A DNA stretch of 64,000 bases. Source: Torpedo marmorata (lineage: Eukaryota). The notes under the pieces were generated by a model that made no database searches, had not been told where the DNA came from, and saw nothing but the letters and a program-made list of their open reading frames with translations. Positions 60,210-64,000 of the stretch are shown one piece after another; the first letter of the stretch is position 1; each line of letters begins with the position of its first letter. The stretch is from assembly GCA_977017645.1 (NCBI GenBank), contig OZ360229.1, positions 42,780,001 through 42,844,000 on the forward strand. Direction: 5' to 3'. A program made the translations under genes and the position numbers.

Positions 60210-60620
60210 TGTGATAAAAGTGATGATGTTTAGCAGTTGTTCAGGGCTGTGGGCCCAGTGTCTTGGGCACAAGACAAAGGCTAACAGTCCAATGCAGTAT
60301 AGGGTGATTGTTGAACTGATGCCTTGCAGTTAAGGCATTAGTTTAAAGCTTCCCCCCTTCCCCCCCCCCCACCCCCATGCCCTGGACAATATTATCCCAT
60401 GACAGAATTGAAAGACGAGAAGTGGATTCTCCTCGGTTTCTTGGGCACCGTTTATTCCCCAGTTAAAATCACCAGATCAGAAAATCAGATCATCTGAATC
60501 TTCTTTACATTGTTGTTAGTGGGACCTTGCTTTGTGCAAATTAGCCACTCTATTTCCTACATTACATCAAAGACTGAATTTCAAAAGTTCTTAATTGCTG
60601 TAAAGTTTTTTTGCGATGCC
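60210..60620 (+). mobile_element. Deu-domain SINE (SacSINE1/AmnSINE1-like), diverged
   Basis: atcccatgac...ttctcctcggtttcttggg...gtgggaccttgctttgtgcaaattag...tttcctacattaca...ttcaaaagt...ctgtaaag. Confidence 0.6.
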
Positions 60621-60626
60621 CTAGTT

Positions 60627-60787
60627 CAGTGGTTCTCAACCTTTTTCTTTCCAATCACATACCACCTTAAGTAGCCCCTTACTAACCACAGAGCACCTAT
60701 GGCATAGGATGCCATCGGTGTTCTGTGGTTAATAAGGGATTACTTAAGGTGGTATGTGAGTGGAAAGAAAAAGGTTGAGAACCACTG
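60627..60787. mobile_element. Palindromic hAT (Charlie-like) MITE
   Basis: CAGTGGTTCTCAACC termini, near-complete 161-bp hairpin, 8-bp TSD ccctagtt (60619-60626, 60788-60795). Confidence 0.92.
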
Positions 60788-62425
60788 CCCTAGTTTGTAG
60801 GGGAAAGAGAGAAATCAGCTGTAACCGGTTAAAATATAATTCTCTGATAGCTTTTCAAAAGTATATTTATGACCTTTGCTTATCCAACTTAGGCATCTTT
60901 ACTTAAAGTATACACATGACTAAAGGTGATACCTCAAAGGGAGTGTAACCAAATTGGTTTCCAGAGAACAAGGAAGTGGAAGGAACGCCAAGACACTACA
61001 ACTTATTTGGTTGTCTATAAAATGCTTTGGAATTTTCTCAGATTATGAAAGATAGTGTCACATTCGAGTTGTTCGTTTTCTATCATTATTTAGTCAAATC
61101 TTCACAAAATCCTTTTTTATTAGGGCACTCCTGATTGGCTAAATATAAAGCAATGCTTTATGAAAAAAGAAACTGAGCTGATAAAATGGAGAGTTGTGAG
61201 ATAACAGCAATTGGACTCAGAACCCTTGAGCTGGGAAATATAAAGTGAAAAGTTGGGTTGCTCTGCTGTGATGTCTGTGGAGTGACACTGCAAGGGAACA
61301 CAGCTGAAACTGAGGCCTGGCCCATTTTGAATAGTTTGCGGACTCCTGCATCATTTGAACAAGGGCTGACCAAGTCATCAACCAAAACCAGCAAGACCCT
61401 GATAGGAGGATAAGCTCTCAATATACAGGGAAATGAATTGGTCCTGAATGTCATGTGTTGTCATTTACTTCTTGTCAGATTTGTGAATGGGACAATATAA
61501 GAGTTTTTCTTTTCAGAAACTTTGCACATGGTGAAGAATTGTACAGGTAACATGTTTTGTTACACAGCAGGGTATCTTCCCTCACATGCAGCAACTCACA
61601 TAAAGGTTGAGGTGTCTGTCCTGTAGTAAAACTGCACCTTCCGCTATCTGAACCTCACATTATACCAGTGTATTTGCTGCCGTGCTTTTACCAGACAGCA
61701 TTGCATTGTAGCTTCCTGATGTGGAATGACATCTGTCATTTCTCAAAGGTGCCCTTGCAGAAACCAGCTTAATGCAAGGGAAAACAGATCACCTGTCCAT
61801 CTCAAATAACAACACAGCTCCTGCCACTTCAACTATTGAGCTGTATTGACAACGAGGTCAAGGGATAGTTCATTGTTGCATTCATCACAGTCCTACGATC
61901 AGATAACTTAAAGACAGCAGTTAGTAACACAGAATAAAGGGGATAATGTTCCAGGAACAGCAGTTCAATAAATGTCATGACTGCATTTTACTGGAATGGT
62001 TTTCCACATTAAATATGGTTCTCCTTTAAATATAAAATAGATATTGCTTTTCATGGGCATGACTAAAATAATTAGCTTTTACTAAATCCTTAACGCCCTA
62101 ATCTGGTGATTAAATTCATTGGGTTCATTGCAGTATTCCTTATATGACAGAGAAAAGGGATAAACAGAGTTTGATGTTATATTTTGCTCTGAATATTAGC
62201 TATTCCAACCAAATTAGTGAGAGAATATTTGATTGTGAGTCTTATGAATATTACAAAAAAAATCAACCTGAAACAGGAAGAAAGTTCACAATGATAATAG
62301 AATAATGTGTGCTCTTCCCTTGTGAAAGAGTACATTAAAGTCATACTGCCATCCAAAACTGATGGACAGGATAAGCCTACGATGGTCAGGAACATCATGA
62401 CTGAATGCCTCCTTGTCATGAAGAA

Positions 62426-63356
62426 AAGCCATTCTCAACCTTTTTTTGGCTATGGCCCCCTTAGGACTCTGCTCAAAGTTTATGGGCCCCCTTCCCTGTG
62501 AAGTAGTCAAGTTTAGTTGGCTTCTTCCATACTTCTCTCCTACGACTAAGTTCAAAGTACAGTTCAGGTTTATTGTCAGAGTACATGCATGAGATCACAT
62601 ACAACCCTGAGATTCTTTTTCCTGCGGGTGAAGCAGAATTGCCACATATTGGTAGTGCAAAAAAACGGTATTGGTGTCCCTGTACCAGGCCATGATGCAG
62701 CCAGTTAACACACTTTCCACCACACATCTGGAGAAATTTGCCAGGGTTTCTGGTGTCATACCAAATCTCTGCAAACTCCTGAGGAAGTAGAGGCGCTGAT
62801 GTGCTTTCTTCACAATGCCATTAGTGTGTTGGGTCCAGGAAAGATCCTCTGAGATAGTGACTCCCAAGAACTTAAATTTGCTCACCCTGCCCACCTCTGA
62901 TCACCCAATGATCACTGGATTGTACACCTCTGGTTTTCCCTTCCTGAAGTCAACAATCAGCTCCTTGGATTTGGTGACATTGAGTGTGAAGCTTTTGTTA
63001 GTACACTATTCAGCCAAGTTTTCAATCTCCCTCCTGTATGCTGACTCGTCGCCCCTTTTTATACAACCCACTACTGTGGTATCGTCAGCGAATTTGTAGA
63101 TGGTGTTGTTGTCGTACCAAGCCACACTGTCATAGGTGTATATCGAGTAGAGCAGGGGGCTAAGAACGCAGCCCTGTGGTGCTCCAGTACTGATGGAGAT
63201 TGTGGAGGAGATGTTCTTACCAATCCTCAATGATTGTGGTCTGGAGGTAAAACTCCATAAAAAAACATTAAAAATATTTAATGATTGCAGTCCGTGGCCT
63301 TCCTTAAATGTGCTGTGTCCCCCAGGGGGCCACACGTCCCCAGTTTAGAATGGCTG
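62426..63356. mobile_element. hAT MITE split by a nested Rex1 insertion
   Basis: Ends agccattctcaacc / gtttagaatggctg; flanks atgaagaa / atgaagag (7/8 TSD). Confidence 0.65.
62548..63248 (-). mobile_element. Rex1/Babar-like LINE fragment with internal deletion
   Basis: GAPQGCVLSPLLY, KFADDT; same subfamily as 9881-10884 but lacks about 400 bp (corresponding to ~10007-10408). Confidence 0.85.
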
Positions 63357-63389
63357 ATGAAGAGTTTCTGAGAGCTAAGAGAGGATGGC

Positions 63390-63690
63390 CTGTTAGTGCA
63401 GCAAGTAGAGCTGCAGCGTTTGGGTTCAATCCTGACCTCTGTGTTGGGTTTGCATGTTCTCCCTGTAACCATGTGGGTTTCCTCCAGGTGCTCCAGTTTC
63501 TTCCCACAGCCCAAAGGTGTGTGAGTTGGTCAGTTAATTGGCCGCTGTAAGTTACCCTTAGGATGCAGATAGGGGGCAGTTGGTGGGAAAGTTTGGAGAA
63601 TAAAATGAGATCATTTTATTCTCAATAACATATCACAATTATTTTAAATGTGTAATTGACTGAAAGGTCTGTTTCTGTTCTATATGACTT
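63390..63690 (+). mobile_element. Older V-SINE-like element
   Basis: gggttcaatcctgacc B box, tttgcatgttctccctg...gggtttcctccaggtgctccagtttc V-domain, ggtctgtttctgttctatatgact tail. Confidence 0.7.
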
Positions 63691-64000
63691 TATTAATCTA
63701 TAACTACTTGCTTCTATGGAAGGTGTCCTTGATTAGCAATCCATGAGCCCAGAAATCAAAACAAAGTGTACAGCTCCACATTGCAGCTAGATGAGTTTTA
63801 GAAAGATGTTTTATCATTTTTTCTATAATATATTAATACTACATATTTGTTTCCTTTTCTCGAGATGTGGACATCATTGGTGAAGTCAGCATTCATAGCC
63901 CATCCCTGATTTTCTGAGTCAAGGTTGGGATAATCCACTTTAATGAGCTGCTTCAGTGTCTCTGGACATGGTACTCCCACAATGCTCTGGGAAAGGGTGC

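Overview
Eukaryotic (vertebrate) genomic DNA. The repeat set (HE1/V-SINE-like and Deu-domain SINEs, CR1, Rex1/Babar, Tx1/L1, Penelope pLTR fragments) points to a cartilaginous fish, which is an inference. The only host gene is the intronless class III POU transcription factor pou3f1 (Oct6/SCIP, 19823-20953, +), preceded by a dense CCAAT-box cluster. It sits in a gene desert filled with transposon remnants. These include two decayed full-length LTR retrotransposons with matching 4-bp TSDs (a Gmr1-type element with PR-INT-RT order and a deleted RT core, and a conventional Gypsy), many LINE and SINE fragments, a 5S-derived SINE, and Harbinger-, hAT- and Tigger-like MITEs. I see no convincing wholly new gene system. 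The most unusual observations are: (1) a perfect 212-bp spacerless palindrome of Penelope pLTR sequence with a 14-bp TSD and minimal hammerhead-ribozyme motifs back-to-back at its centre; (2) a TSD-flanked, 5'-inverted (twin-primed) L1/Tx1 insertion; (3) in-frame RT deletions in the Gmr1 element that leave an integrase-RNase H fusion ORF. Family assignments come from motif recognition, not database searches. Boundaries of old repeats are approximate.
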